Source of the DNA: Prochlorococcus marinus subsp. pastoris str. CCMP1986
Lineage (GTDB): Bacteria > Cyanobacteriota > Cyanobacteriia > PCC-6307 > Cyanobiaceae
DNA: 32,000 nt
Assembly: GCF_000011465.1 (NCBI RefSeq)
Contig: NC_005072.1
Location: forward strand, 930,001-962,000
Direction: 5' to 3'
Part shown: positions 24,934-32,000 of the stretch, piece after piece
Numbering within the stretch: the stretch's first letter is position 1
Layout: each line of letters begins with the position of its first letter
Made by a program: the position numbers and the translations under genes
Notes under the pieces: generated by a model
Told to the model about the DNA's origin: nothing
Database searches by the model: none
Seen by the model: the letters and a program-made list of their open reading frames with translations, nothing else

Positions 24934-25131
24934 ATGTGGAATATAATAAATTATTATTTTAATTTTTACATGTTTGCAATTGCATTAGGATTAGGTCCTA
25001 TAGAAACAATTACAATAGCAATATCAGCTACAGTTTTTATTTCTGCTTTTACATGGGTATCAATTAAAGGTGATTTAAGAGAACTTGCAAACGAACTAAT
25101 TGATGATAATAATCAGAAAGAAGAAAATTAA
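24934..25131 (+). CDS. Small membrane protein, 65 aa (2 TM)
   Basis: Track ORF with ATG start and hydrophobic segments. Confidence 0.4.
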   Translation: MWNIINYYFNFYMFAIALGLGPIETITIAISATVFISAFTWVSIKGDLRELANELIDDNNQKEEN

Positions 25132-25147
25132 TTATTTCTATAAATAA

Positions 25148-25345
25148 TTAATTATGTAGCCTTGGATAATCAATAATATGTCTTATTTCCTTAAGGGATG
25201 CTCCATAAATTCTATTACCATTTAAATTAACTCCTTTCCATTTTTCTTTTTGGTTAAAAGTATCGTTATTACAAGAGTTATGCCCAAAAGAATGCTTATC
25301 ATCCCATGTCAAAGTTATATCCCAACCTTTATAGTTCTCTATCAT
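25148..25345 (-). CDS. Hypothetical protein, 65 aa from the MIENYKGW start
   Basis: I prefer the ATG at 25345 to the upstream track start. The protein is soluble and W/H/N-rich. Confidence 0.4.
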   Translation of the reverse strand: MIENYKGWDITLTWDDKHSFGHNSCNNDTFNQKEKWKGVNLNGNRIYGASLKEIRHIIDYPRLHN

Positions 25346-25447
25346 AGAAAAAAATATTAATACATTCAAATATTACATACAAAGACAGAAAACAAAAACG
25401 AAGGAAATAAGTAGTTTTTTTATAATATTTATTTAATATTCTATAAA

Positions 25448-26620
25448 TTAGGAAACAATTTTTATTTTAAGTGCTGACTTGTCCGCATTTTCTCTAGCAA
25501 TATTTAGGTCATCATCTGTTGAAAGGACTACCCCCATTCTCCTTCCTTTCTTTGCTGTTGGTTTCCCAAATATTAGAACTTTAGTATTCTCTAGTTCTAA
25601 TGCCTCGTTTAGTCCAGAGTATGAAGGAGTATTAGATTCTTTATCTGATATTATTACTCTGGTTGCTGATGGCTTTAATAGTGAGATATTTGGTATAGGT
25701 AGATTTAAAAAGGCTCTTAAGTGTAATTCAAATTCGTTTATGTTTTGACTAACTAAGGTGACCATTCCTGTATCATGAGGCCTAGGAGATAATTCTGAAA
25801 ATATAACCTCTTTGCCTCTAACAAAAAACTCAACCCCATATATACCTGAACCATTTAAATTGTTTAATATTTTTGTTGTCATTTTTCGGGCTTCATTAAT
25901 CAAGGATTGATTCATATCCAATGGTTGCCAGCTACATTGATAATCTCCTTTGTATTGTTCATGACCTATTGGCTCACAAAATATATTCTCTCCACTAGTT
26001 TTTCTAATAGTTAAAAGAGTAAATTCATAATCAAAATTTAAAAATTCCTCAAGTATTACACCAACTATTTTTCCTCTTGAATTTTTCAAGGCATCATTCC
26101 AAGCTAATAAAAGATCCTCTTTCCTATTAACTAAACTTTGACCTTTACCTGATGAACTCATTAGAGGCTTTATCAAAAGAGGGAATCCAATTTCAGATGA
26201 CTTTATTTCTAGCTCATCAACATTAAAAACATAACTAAATTTTGCAGTTTTTATATTTAATTCTTTAGATGCCAGGTCTCTTATTTTATCCCTATTCATA
26301 GTTATTTCAACAGTTCTAGCATTAGGAACGATATTTATTCCTTCATCTTCCAATTCCTTTAAAGCTTCAATTGATAGTGCTTCAATTTCGGGTACTACAA
26401 AATCAGGATTGAGTTCTTTTATCTTTTTTTTTAGTATTTCCTTATCACTCATATCTATGACAAAAGAATTATCAGCTAATTGCATCGCAGGTGCATTTTC
26501 GTATTTATCAATAGCTATTACTTCTAGGCCTAATCTTTTAGCTTCAACCACTAATTCTTTTCCAAGTTCGCCACTGCCAAGTAATAATATTTTCTTGGGA
26601 ATAAATTTAAAGCTGCTCAT
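25448..26620 (-). CDS. purT: Formate-dependent phosphoribosylglycinamide formyltransferase (GAR transformylase 2)
   Basis: The N-terminus ILLLGSGELGKE...EVIAIDKYENAPAMQLAD...VPEIEA aligns by eye almost block for block with E. coli PurT. ATP-grasp architecture, 390 aa. Confidence 0.93.
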   Translation of the reverse strand: MSSFKFIPKKILLLGSGELGKELVVEAKRLGLEVIAIDKYENAPAMQLADNSFVIDMSDKEILKKKIKELNPDFVVPEIEALSIEALKELEDEGINIVPNARTVEITMNRDKIRDLASKELNIKTAKFSYVFNVDELEIKSSEIGFPLLIKPLMSSSGKGQSLVNRKEDLLLAWNDALKNSRGKIVGVILEEFLNFDYEFTLLTIRKTSGENIFCEPIGHEQYKGDYQCSWQPLDMNQSLINEARKMTTKILNNLNGSGIYGVEFFVRGKEVIFSELSPRPHDTGMVTLVSQNINEFELHLRAFLNLPIPNISLLKPSATRVIISDKESNTPSYSGLNEALELENTKVLIFGKPTAKKGRRMGVVLSTDDDLNIARENADKSALKIKIVS

Positions 26621-26637
26621 CTCTAAATAAATTTATG

Positions 26638-26880
26638 TTATTTATTATCGTCAGATAGCTTGTTAGAGAGTTTATCTTCACTTTTATTAGCTTTTAAATT
26701 AGACAAAAAAGAATTATTTCCGAACCAATCATTTTGCTTCATTCCTCTTGTAATTGAAGTTGAAATAGCACCAAGAAAGAAAAAAGCCATCATTACCCAA
26801 AGGATTCGTTCTAGAGCAATTGAAGGCGAGAAGCCCTGTCCTGATTTAATAATTTCAGTAAGAGGGTCTAAGGGGTCCAA
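26638..26880 (-). CDS. Small membrane protein, 80 aa (TTG start)
   Basis: One TM (ILWVMMAFFFLGAISTSI). I prefer it to the overlapping plus-strand ORF 26660..27013, whose translation looks like noise. Confidence 0.4.
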   Translation of the reverse strand: MDPLDPLTEIIKSGQGFSPSIALERILWVMMAFFFLGAISTSITRGMKQNDWFGNNSFLSNLKANKSEDKLSNKLSDDNK

Positions 26881-26997
26881 GTTAATTTTTAAGTATGTTA
26901 TTTTATTATATAAGTTGAGTAAAAACTTTTTACTAAAAATTACAAATAAAAATAATAGGCAAATAAGGTCTTTAAAAAACGCAAAAACATTTTTTCA

Positions 26998-27510
26998 ATG
27001 TTATCTTCAATAGATAAATTTCTCAAACTTATGGTAGTAGATGTCCAAAACACAACCGTTGTTTCAGCAAATGGAGAAGCGAAAAAACTTGGCCAATATT
27101 CAGGAAATGTAATTTTGATAGTAAACGTCGCCAGTTATTGCGGTAATACTGCTCAATATAAGGATCTCCAAAAGCTTCACGATAAATATTCAAAAAAAGG
27201 TTTAAGGATTCTTGCTTTCCCTTGTAATGACTTCGGGAATCAAGAGCCTGATTCTCTTACAGAGATAAAGAACTTTTGTTCTACAAAATATGGTGTTGAA
27301 TTCGAAATTATGGAAAAAGTACACGCGAAAGGTAATACTAGCGAACCATATACAACACTAAATAATGTTGAACCAAAGGGTGATGTTGAATGGAATTTTG
27401 AAAAATTTTTAATTGGCAAAGATAGTAATGTGATTGCAAGGTTTAAACCTGGTATTCAACCATTCGATGAAAATTTAATTGCCGCAATAGAAGTAGCAAT
27501 AGATTCTTAA
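26998..27510 (+). CDS. gpx: Glutathione peroxidase family protein (Cys-type)
   Basis: VNVASYCGNT (peroxidatic Cys), LAFPCNDFGNQEP and WNFEKFLIGKD are the three signature blocks. An alternative ATG at 27031 would give a more typical 159 aa. Confidence 0.9.
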   Translation: MLSSIDKFLKLMVVDVQNTTVVSANGEAKKLGQYSGNVILIVNVASYCGNTAQYKDLQKLHDKYSKKGLRILAFPCNDFGNQEPDSLTEIKNFCSTKYGVEFEIMEKVHAKGNTSEPYTTLNNVEPKGDVEWNFEKFLIGKDSNVIARFKPGIQPFDENLIAAIEVAIDS

Positions 27511-27627
27511 TTTGGTATTAATATTAAAAATTTTTTTACCAAATAAAACCAAAAGGCTGTAATTATTTTTGAAATTTTATAATTAAATGAATATATATAG
27601 GATTATTTATTCTTAATTATCATTGTT

Positions 27628-28299
27628 TTAGCTTTTTTTGAATTTAGGTTTTTTCCTTTTTGTCTTTGCTTCTACTAACTCTTCTTTAACTTCAATTACC
27701 TCTGGTTCCTCTGACTTTGCTTCTACTAACTCTTCTTTAACTTCAATTACCTCTGGTTCCTCTGACTTTGCTTCTACTAACTCTTCTTTAACTTCAATTA
27801 CCTCTGGTTCCTCTGACTTTGCTTCTACTAACTCTTCTTTAACTTCAATTACCTCTGGTTCCTCTGACTTTGCTTCTATTAACTCTTCTTTAACTTCAAT
27901 TACCTCTGGTTCCTCTGACTTTGCTTCTACTAACTCTTCTTTAACTTCAATTACCTCTGGTTCCTCTGACTTTGCTTCTACTAACTCTTCTTTAACTTCA
28001 ATTACCTCTGGTTCCTCTGACTTTGCTTCTACTAACTCTTCTTTAACTTCAATTACCTCTGGTTCCTCTGACTTTGCTTCTATTAACTCTTCTTTAACTT
28101 CATTTACCACTGATTCCAAATCTAATTGCGATCCTGAATTTAAATTTTCTTTAGAAATTTCCTCTTTATTACTAAGAAGAAACTTTAATAAACGTTGGAA
28201 TAACAACCAACCTTTTTCTACTCTTTTTGGTCCCAAAATTATAAGAACAATAACTGATATTACAAAAATTGCTGGAGAATTTAAACCTAAAAAATTCAT
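27628..28299 (-). CDS. TatA/TatB (Hcf106/Tha4)-like protein with a long repetitive acidic C-terminal tail
   Basis: The N-terminus MNFLGLNSPAIFVISVIVLIILGPKRVEKGW matches the Tat family pattern (short N-terminus, one TM, GP-K hinge, amphipathic helix). About 8.7 copies of a 17-aa E/K/V-rich unit and a basic KRKKPKFKK end follow. I prefer the ATG at 28299 to the TTG at 28308. Confidence 0.7.
   Translation of the reverse strand: MNFLGLNSPAIFVISVIVLIILGPKRVEKGWLLFQRLLKFLLSNKEEISKENLNSGSQLDLESVVNEVKEELIEAKSEEPEVIEVKEELVEAKSEEPEVIEVKEELVEAKSEEPEVIEVKEELVEAKSEEPEVIEVKEELIEAKSEEPEVIEVKEELVEAKSEEPEVIEVKEELVEAKSEEPEVIEVKEELVEAKSEEPEVIEVKEELVEAKTKRKKPKFKKS
27664..28110. repeat. Tandem repeat, 51-bp unit, 8 complete copies plus a diverged ninth
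   Basis: Units start at 27664, 27715, 27766, 27817, 27868, 27919, 27970, 28021 and 28072. Seven of the eight full units are identical base for base. Unit 5 and unit 9 carry the same single C>T change. Confidence 0.95.
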
Positions 28300-28347
28300 C
28301 AATTTCAAACATTCTGAATTTACTTTAGTACATCATAAAAATTAAGG

Positions 28348-28740
28348 CTAATTATTTTCAAAAGTAGGTAAATAAAGCTCTCTATTTGAAGCAATAATAC
28401 CTTCTTCTTTAAAGAAAATTTCTAATTCTTTTAAATCGTTTATATTAATTTTATCTCCGCAGTTATCTAAAATATTATTAGAAGTAAACTCCCAAAGGTC
28501 ATTTAAATATTGATCATCGTCTGGGAAAGCTACAAATTTTAGATATGTATTATTTAAAGCATATTCACTTGCAAACTCAGAGTCTAATCCCTCATTTTTA
28601 GCATCACAAAAAACTTTAGCAAACCTTTTACCTACAGAAGTTTGAGCACTAGACAAATCAAGACTTCCTTGAATTGCATAAACATTATTAGGAGCAAAAA
28701 AAAGAAAAATTTGAAGAAAAATTGATAATAAAAGGATCAA
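28348..28740 (-). CDS. Secreted hypothetical protein, 130 aa (TTG start), distant paralog of 8610..9011
   Basis: Signal peptide (ILLLSIFLQIFLFFAPNNVYA). The blocks KRFAKVFCDAKNEGL and LDNCG are shared with the 8610..9011 product. Confidence 0.55.
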   Translation of the reverse strand: MILLLSIFLQIFLFFAPNNVYAIQGSLDLSSAQTSVGKRFAKVFCDAKNEGLDSEFASEYALNNTYLKFVAFPDDDQYLNDLWEFTSNNILDNCGDKININDLKELEIFFKEEGIIASNRELYLPTFENN

Positions 28741-28907
28741 AAATACAGCACCTAAAAAATTTAACCTTTTTTCAATTTAGCAAAAATAGTAACTAATTAA
28801 GAGAATAAAAAGAAATCTAATTAAATTTTTTATTAATAAAAAACAGAATCAAATGAATGTTAATTATTCAATCTATAGTGAATATATCAGAAGTGGATTT
28901 TTACATA

Positions 28908-29915
28908 ATGTCTTCAATTATAAAATTAAGAGGCAAAGGTGTATCGAGAATAATAAATAGTAAAGTAATGTTGTCTCCTCTCGCAGGAGTTACCGATAAA
29001 ATATTTAGAAAATTAGTAAGAAAATGGGCTCCAGAATCTTTACTATTTACAGAAATGATTAATGCGACAAGTCTTAAACATGGATATGGCACTCAGAAAA
29101 TAAAACAACTTGAATTAGAAAAAGGTCCTATAGGTGTGCAGATATTTGATAATAGGCCCTTTGCTGTTTCAGAGGCTGCAAAATTGGCAGAAGATTCAGG
29201 TGCATTTCTAATTGATATAAATATGGGCTGTCCAGTAAAAAAAATCTCAAGAAAAGGGGGTGGAAGTGCCTTAATTAATGATCGCTTATTAGCTATTGAA
29301 TTAGTAAAAAGAGTTTCAAATGCTGTAAAAGTACCTGTTACAGTCAAAACAAGGCTTGGTTGGGAAAATAAAGAAGAGAATATAGAGGAATTTCTATTAA
29401 GTCTTCAAGATGCAGGAGCTGAAATGATAACCTTACATGGAAGAACTCGAAAAGAAGGCTTTTCAGGTAAAGCAGACTGGGAAATGATTGGAAAAATTAA
29501 AGAGCTTTTAGAAATACCAGTAATTGCAAATGGAGATATTAAGAATCCTAAGGACGCTTATAATTGCTTAAAAAAAACAAATGCTGATGGTTTAATGATT
29601 GGGAGAGGCATACTTGGTTCTCCCTGGAAAATAGGAGAAATAGATTATGCAGTTAAAGAAATTAAAGGTTTTGAAGAACCAAATATTGAAGAAAAATTGT
29701 TATTGATTATTGAACATTTGGATGAACTTATAAAAGAAAAGGGCAGTCATGGTTTATTAATAGCCAGAAAACATATTTCATGGACTTGTAAAAATTTTCC
29801 AGAAGCTACAAGTCTTCGAAATAAATTAGTAAGAGCAATAGACGCCAATGAGGTTAAAGAATTAATAAATAAAGCGATTAAAACTTTAAATTATGAAAAA
29901 AAAATATTAACCTGA
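28908..29915 (+). CDS. dus: tRNA-dihydrouridine synthase (DusB/NifR3-like)
   Basis: LSPLAGVTD, NMGCPVKKI (catalytic Cys), TVKTRLGW, TLHGRTR and ANGDI are classic Dus blocks. I prefer the ATG at 28908 to the one at 28857. Confidence 0.9.
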   Translation: MSSIIKLRGKGVSRIINSKVMLSPLAGVTDKIFRKLVRKWAPESLLFTEMINATSLKHGYGTQKIKQLELEKGPIGVQIFDNRPFAVSEAAKLAEDSGAFLIDINMGCPVKKISRKGGGSALINDRLLAIELVKRVSNAVKVPVTVKTRLGWENKEENIEEFLLSLQDAGAEMITLHGRTRKEGFSGKADWEMIGKIKELLEIPVIANGDIKNPKDAYNCLKKTNADGLMIGRGILGSPWKIGEIDYAVKEIKGFEEPNIEEKLLLIIEHLDELIKEKGSHGLLIARKHISWTCKNFPEATSLRNKLVRAIDANEVKELINKAIKTLNYEKKILT

Positions 29916-29933
29916 AAATAATTAAATTTTAAA

Positions 29934-30188
29934 ATGAAAATAATAAGTTCAAAGACGAGTCAAAGAGTTTGTAAACATATGAATAAAGATCACATTGGAT
30001 CTGTACATAAATATCTAAAATATTATGGAAAGATTTCAGAATTTAAGGAAGCTTATTTGGAAGAAATTTCCAGTCAATTCATGAAAATTAAATATGATGA
30101 TAAGTTTGCAATTATAAATTTTAAAAATGAAATCTCAGAAGATGAAATTCATGGCACATTAGTTTCGATGATAAAAGAAATTGAATAA
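29934..30188 (+). CDS. Small DUF2470-like protein, 84 aa
   Basis: The HMNKDH motif near the N-terminus is characteristic of the DUF2470 (HugZ C-terminal-like) family as I recall it. It lies 18 nt after dus on the same strand. Confidence 0.5.
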   Translation: MKIISSKTSQRVCKHMNKDHIGSVHKYLKYYGKISEFKEAYLEEISSQFMKIKYDDKFAIINFKNEISEDEIHGTLVSMIKEIE

Positions 30189-30221
30189 ATTTCTTGAGCC
30201 ATCTTCGTAAAAAAAGAACAT

Positions 30222-30386
30222 CTAAGAATTTCTCTCATAGTAATCCGAAATTTTTTTACATTCTTCAAACGTAAGCATACTCAATCTTGAACTTGCATTA
30301 CATTTTAAGATTGCACATACAGCCAACAGATCAGAGCTGTCAACATTGAGTGCTTCAGAAAGCTCTATAACTCTAAGACCCTTCAA
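30222..30386 (-). CDS. Small protein, 54 aa, resembling an IF-2 N-terminal (IF2_N) domain (TTG start)
   Basis: Hand translation gives (M)KGLRVIELSEALNVDSSDLLAVCAILKCNASSRLSMLTFEECKKISDYYERNS. The pattern IRVxELSxxLxxxSxxLLxxCxxL...S.L recalls the IF2_N helix bundle. A TAA four codons upstream leaves the TTG as the only canonical start. Confidence 0.4.
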   Translation of the reverse strand: MKGLRVIELSEALNVDSSDLLAVCAILKCNASSRLSMLTFEECKKISDYYERNS

Positions 30387-30430
30387 TATTTTTACTTAAA
30401 AGAGGATTGATAAAAACATTGTACTTCGAA

Positions 30431-30676
30431 TTAATGTGCAGCATTTTTTCCTAAACCAGCTATAAATGGGAAAGCTTGCTCGTCGCCAAAAATATCTTCA
30501 TTAGAAGTTATAGGGATATCGCCTTTATCCTTAATATCACTTTTAACATCACTAGATTTTGATTCCATAGATATATCATTACTTAATTCGCCACCAATTT
30601 CATCGGCCAAGCAATTACTAAAACTAAAACAAAAGTAACTAATAAAAACAAATGAAATTAAAATAATGTTTTTCAT
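30431..30676 (-). CDS. Secreted acidic hypothetical protein, 81 aa
   Basis: Signal peptide (IILISFVFISYFCFSFSNCLA) followed by a D/S/E-rich mature part. Confidence 0.5.
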   Translation of the reverse strand: MKNIILISFVFISYFCFSFSNCLADEIGGELSNDISMESKSSDVKSDIKDKGDIPITSNEDIFGDEQAFPFIAGLGKNAAH

Positions 30677-30773
30677 AAAAAAACTAATAAAAAAATATTC
30701 TCTTACAAAAATAAATTTTTGAAAAAAATTTTTCTTATATTAAAACAATTCTAAATATATAAATTAATACAAA

Positions 30774-30980
30774 CTATTTATTTAATTTATTTCTATTCTT
30801 GAATCTTACCAAGAAATAAATTCCAATCATTATAAGAATAGCCATTGAATATTTAAAAAGGAAAACATAAACGACATAAACTAAGAAAGGGAACAAGCAT
30901 GCTCTTTTAAAATTAATTTTTTGAGTTGAGTTCATTTTTTCCCAATTTAAATATTCTCTCCACTGGAATATTTTCTTCAT
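30774..30980 (-). CDS. Small membrane protein, 68 aa from the MKKIFQW start (the track start at 31010 is also possible)
   Basis: Two hydrophobic segments. The start choice is ambiguous. Confidence 0.4.
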   Translation of the reverse strand: MKKIFQWREYLNWEKMNSTQKINFKRACLFPFLVYVVYVFLFKYSMAILIMIGIYFLVRFKNRNKLNK

Positions 30981-31123
30981 TTTTCTTTCTTTATAATTTC
31001 GATTAAACATAATTTTTAAAATATAATTTTTTATTTTTTTTTATTTTAATTAATAAAAACCAACTTCAATAACTATATTTTTATTATAAATATACACATA
31101 TAAATTTCAAAATTTTAATCTAA

Positions 31124-31537
31124 ATGAAAAAAATTTGGAAAATTGAAAAGTTAGTATTACCACAACATTCAGATCACGCTGGGGTTATGTGGCATGGTAC
31201 ATATTTTGATTGGCTTGAAGAAGGAAGGATCAATGCACTTTCAAAAGCAGGTTTAAATTATGTTGACCTTACAAAAAATGGTTTTGACTTACCTTTAATA
31301 GATACTTCAATAAAATATATATCACCCTTATTTCTTGGAGATACTGTAACAATAGAAACTATATTTGAAATAAGCAAAAGTCCAAAAATAAAAATCCATT
31401 CAAAATTCATTAACAAAAGCAAAACAATTTTGACCATAGCTAAGGTTAATTTGGTTCTAATAAATAAAAAAAGTTTTTCTATTATAAGGAAAAGGCCTGA
31501 TTTCATATCAAAAGCTTTTTTAAAATTAAACGGATAA
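31124..31537 (+). CDS. Hotdog-fold acyl-CoA thioesterase (4HBT/YbgC-like; in cyanobacteria this family includes DHNA-CoA thioesterase)
   Basis: LPQHSDHAGVMWHGTYFDWLEEGRINAL is the typical N-terminal catalytic block (D-x-x-G-x-V) of 4HBT thioesterases. Size is 137 aa. Confidence 0.75.
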   Translation: MKKIWKIEKLVLPQHSDHAGVMWHGTYFDWLEEGRINALSKAGLNYVDLTKNGFDLPLIDTSIKYISPLFLGDTVTIETIFEISKSPKIKIHSKFINKSKTILTIAKVNLVLINKKSFSIIRKRPDFISKAFLKLNG

Positions 31538-31591
31538 GATTATAGTTAGCTAATTTATTAATTAATTAGAGTAATTAAATTCTTTTCACTA

Positions 31592-31792
31592 ATGAAGGAT
31601 ATATTTCTTGTCTTGGATTCATATCAATATCAAATGGAATCAAATTATCAGGAAACCTCTTCTCTAACTAATCTTTTTACTGAAAACAAATTTATAGGAT
31701 GGCTAGGTCTTTTTATTGTATTTTTTTCAATCTTTGCAATTATTATTTTTCAGTTTCTTGAATGGGAAAGTAATGACAAAAACAAGGAATAA
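31592..31792 (+). CDS. Small membrane protein, 66 aa
   Basis: Track ORF with one TM (FIGWLGLFIVFFSIFAIIIFQF). Confidence 0.4.
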   Translation: MKDIFLVLDSYQYQMESNYQETSSLTNLFTENKFIGWLGLFIVFFSIFAIIIFQFLEWESNDKNKE

Positions 31793-31831
31793 AAAAGACT
31801 TGAATTATAATAAATATAAACGTTTTATAAA

Positions 31832-32000
31832 ATGGCAATTTACTTAAAAATAACAAATCCGACTGAAGTTGTAAAAAAAAAGACCTCCAAATGGTTAACA
31901 GACTTAACACCAGAAAGAATTGATCGAAAATTAGTTGAAGACGAAGTTATTAAAGGTATTATTGAACAATTAACACTTGAAGGTATTGAAGGCGAAATCT
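31832..32000 (+). CDS. Hypothetical protein, N-terminal fragment running off the window end (MAIYLKITNPTEVVKKKTSKWLTDLTPERIDRKLVEDEVIKGIIEQLTLEGIEGEI...)
   Basis: ATG at 31832 and an open frame to the window edge. Composition is protein-like and charged. Confidence 0.35.
   Translation, partial: MAIYLKITNPTEVVKKKTSKWLTDLTPERIDRKLVEDEVIKGIIEQLTLEGIEGEI

Noticed and set aside
25479-26630. ORFs 25479..25748(+) and 26409..26630(+)
   Set aside because: They lie antisense to purT.
26660-27013. 117-aa plus-strand ORF between purT and gpx
   Set aside because: It overlaps the more plausible minus-strand membrane ORF and the gpx start. Its sequence has no protein-like features.
27664-28110. Possible CRISPR array
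   Set aside because: The repeats are directly contiguous 51-bp units with no unique spacers. They are in frame within a CDS, and no cas genes are present.
27638-28345. 235-aa plus-strand ORF across the tandem repeat (FASTNSSLTSITSGSSD repeated)
   Set aside because: It is a shadow frame of the repeat array. It has no recognisable N-terminal features. The minus-strand frame has a Tat-like N-terminus and a sensible basic C-terminal end.
28901-29347. ORFs 28901..29092(-) and 29093..29347(-)
   Set aside because: They lie antisense to the dihydrouridine synthase gene.
31258-31506. 82-aa minus-strand ORF
   Set aside because: It lies antisense to the thioesterase gene.
1-32000. Search by eye for tRNA/rRNA genes, transposases, integrases and prophage or IS boundaries
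   Set aside because: I noticed no T-arm-like GGTTCGAAT-type motif in a cloverleaf context, no rRNA-like conserved blocks and no transposase or integrase motifs. The absence rests on visual scanning only and should be confirmed with tRNAscan-SE, Infernal and ISfinder.

Overview
The window is very AT-rich (about 30% G+C by eye), compact and gene-dense. Its content best fits a marine picocyanobacterial chromosome of the high-light Prochlorococcus type; this is an inference from gene content and composition, with no search run. Recognisable genes are the 3' end of the urea ABC transporter (urtC end, urtD, urtE), a three-gene ABC-2 type transporter, a TauE/SafE permease and an orphan HNH nuclease. 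Also present are a tightly coupled small-ORF / Gpt-like phosphoribosyltransferase / nucleoside 2-deoxyribosyltransferase operon, followed 89 bp downstream on the same strand by rpsU, which falls below the ORF-track size cutoff. Further genes include a P-loop uridine-kinase-like protein, a FAD oxidoreductase, peptidase S51, a GNAT acetyltransferase, a DCC-type thiol oxidoreductase, an MBL-fold protein, pepN, purT, glutathione peroxidase, a tRNA-dihydrouridine synthase and a hotdog thioesterase. No tRNA, rRNA, CRISPR array, transposase or integrase was recognised. I see no clear-cut new multi-gene system. The most unusual features are listed here. (1) A near-perfect 51-bp x ~8.7 in-frame tandem repeat inside a TatA/B-like gene. 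(2) The coupled PRTase-NDT operon. (3) A G+C-rich structured element ending in the strongest intrinsic terminator of the window, a candidate sRNA. (4) A 121-codon open frame with a signal-peptide-like N-terminus but no ATG/GTG/TTG start. (5) Two distantly related secreted ~130-aa proteins. (6) Several micro-ORFs below 60 aa. All functional calls rest on motifs read by eye, and no database search was run.
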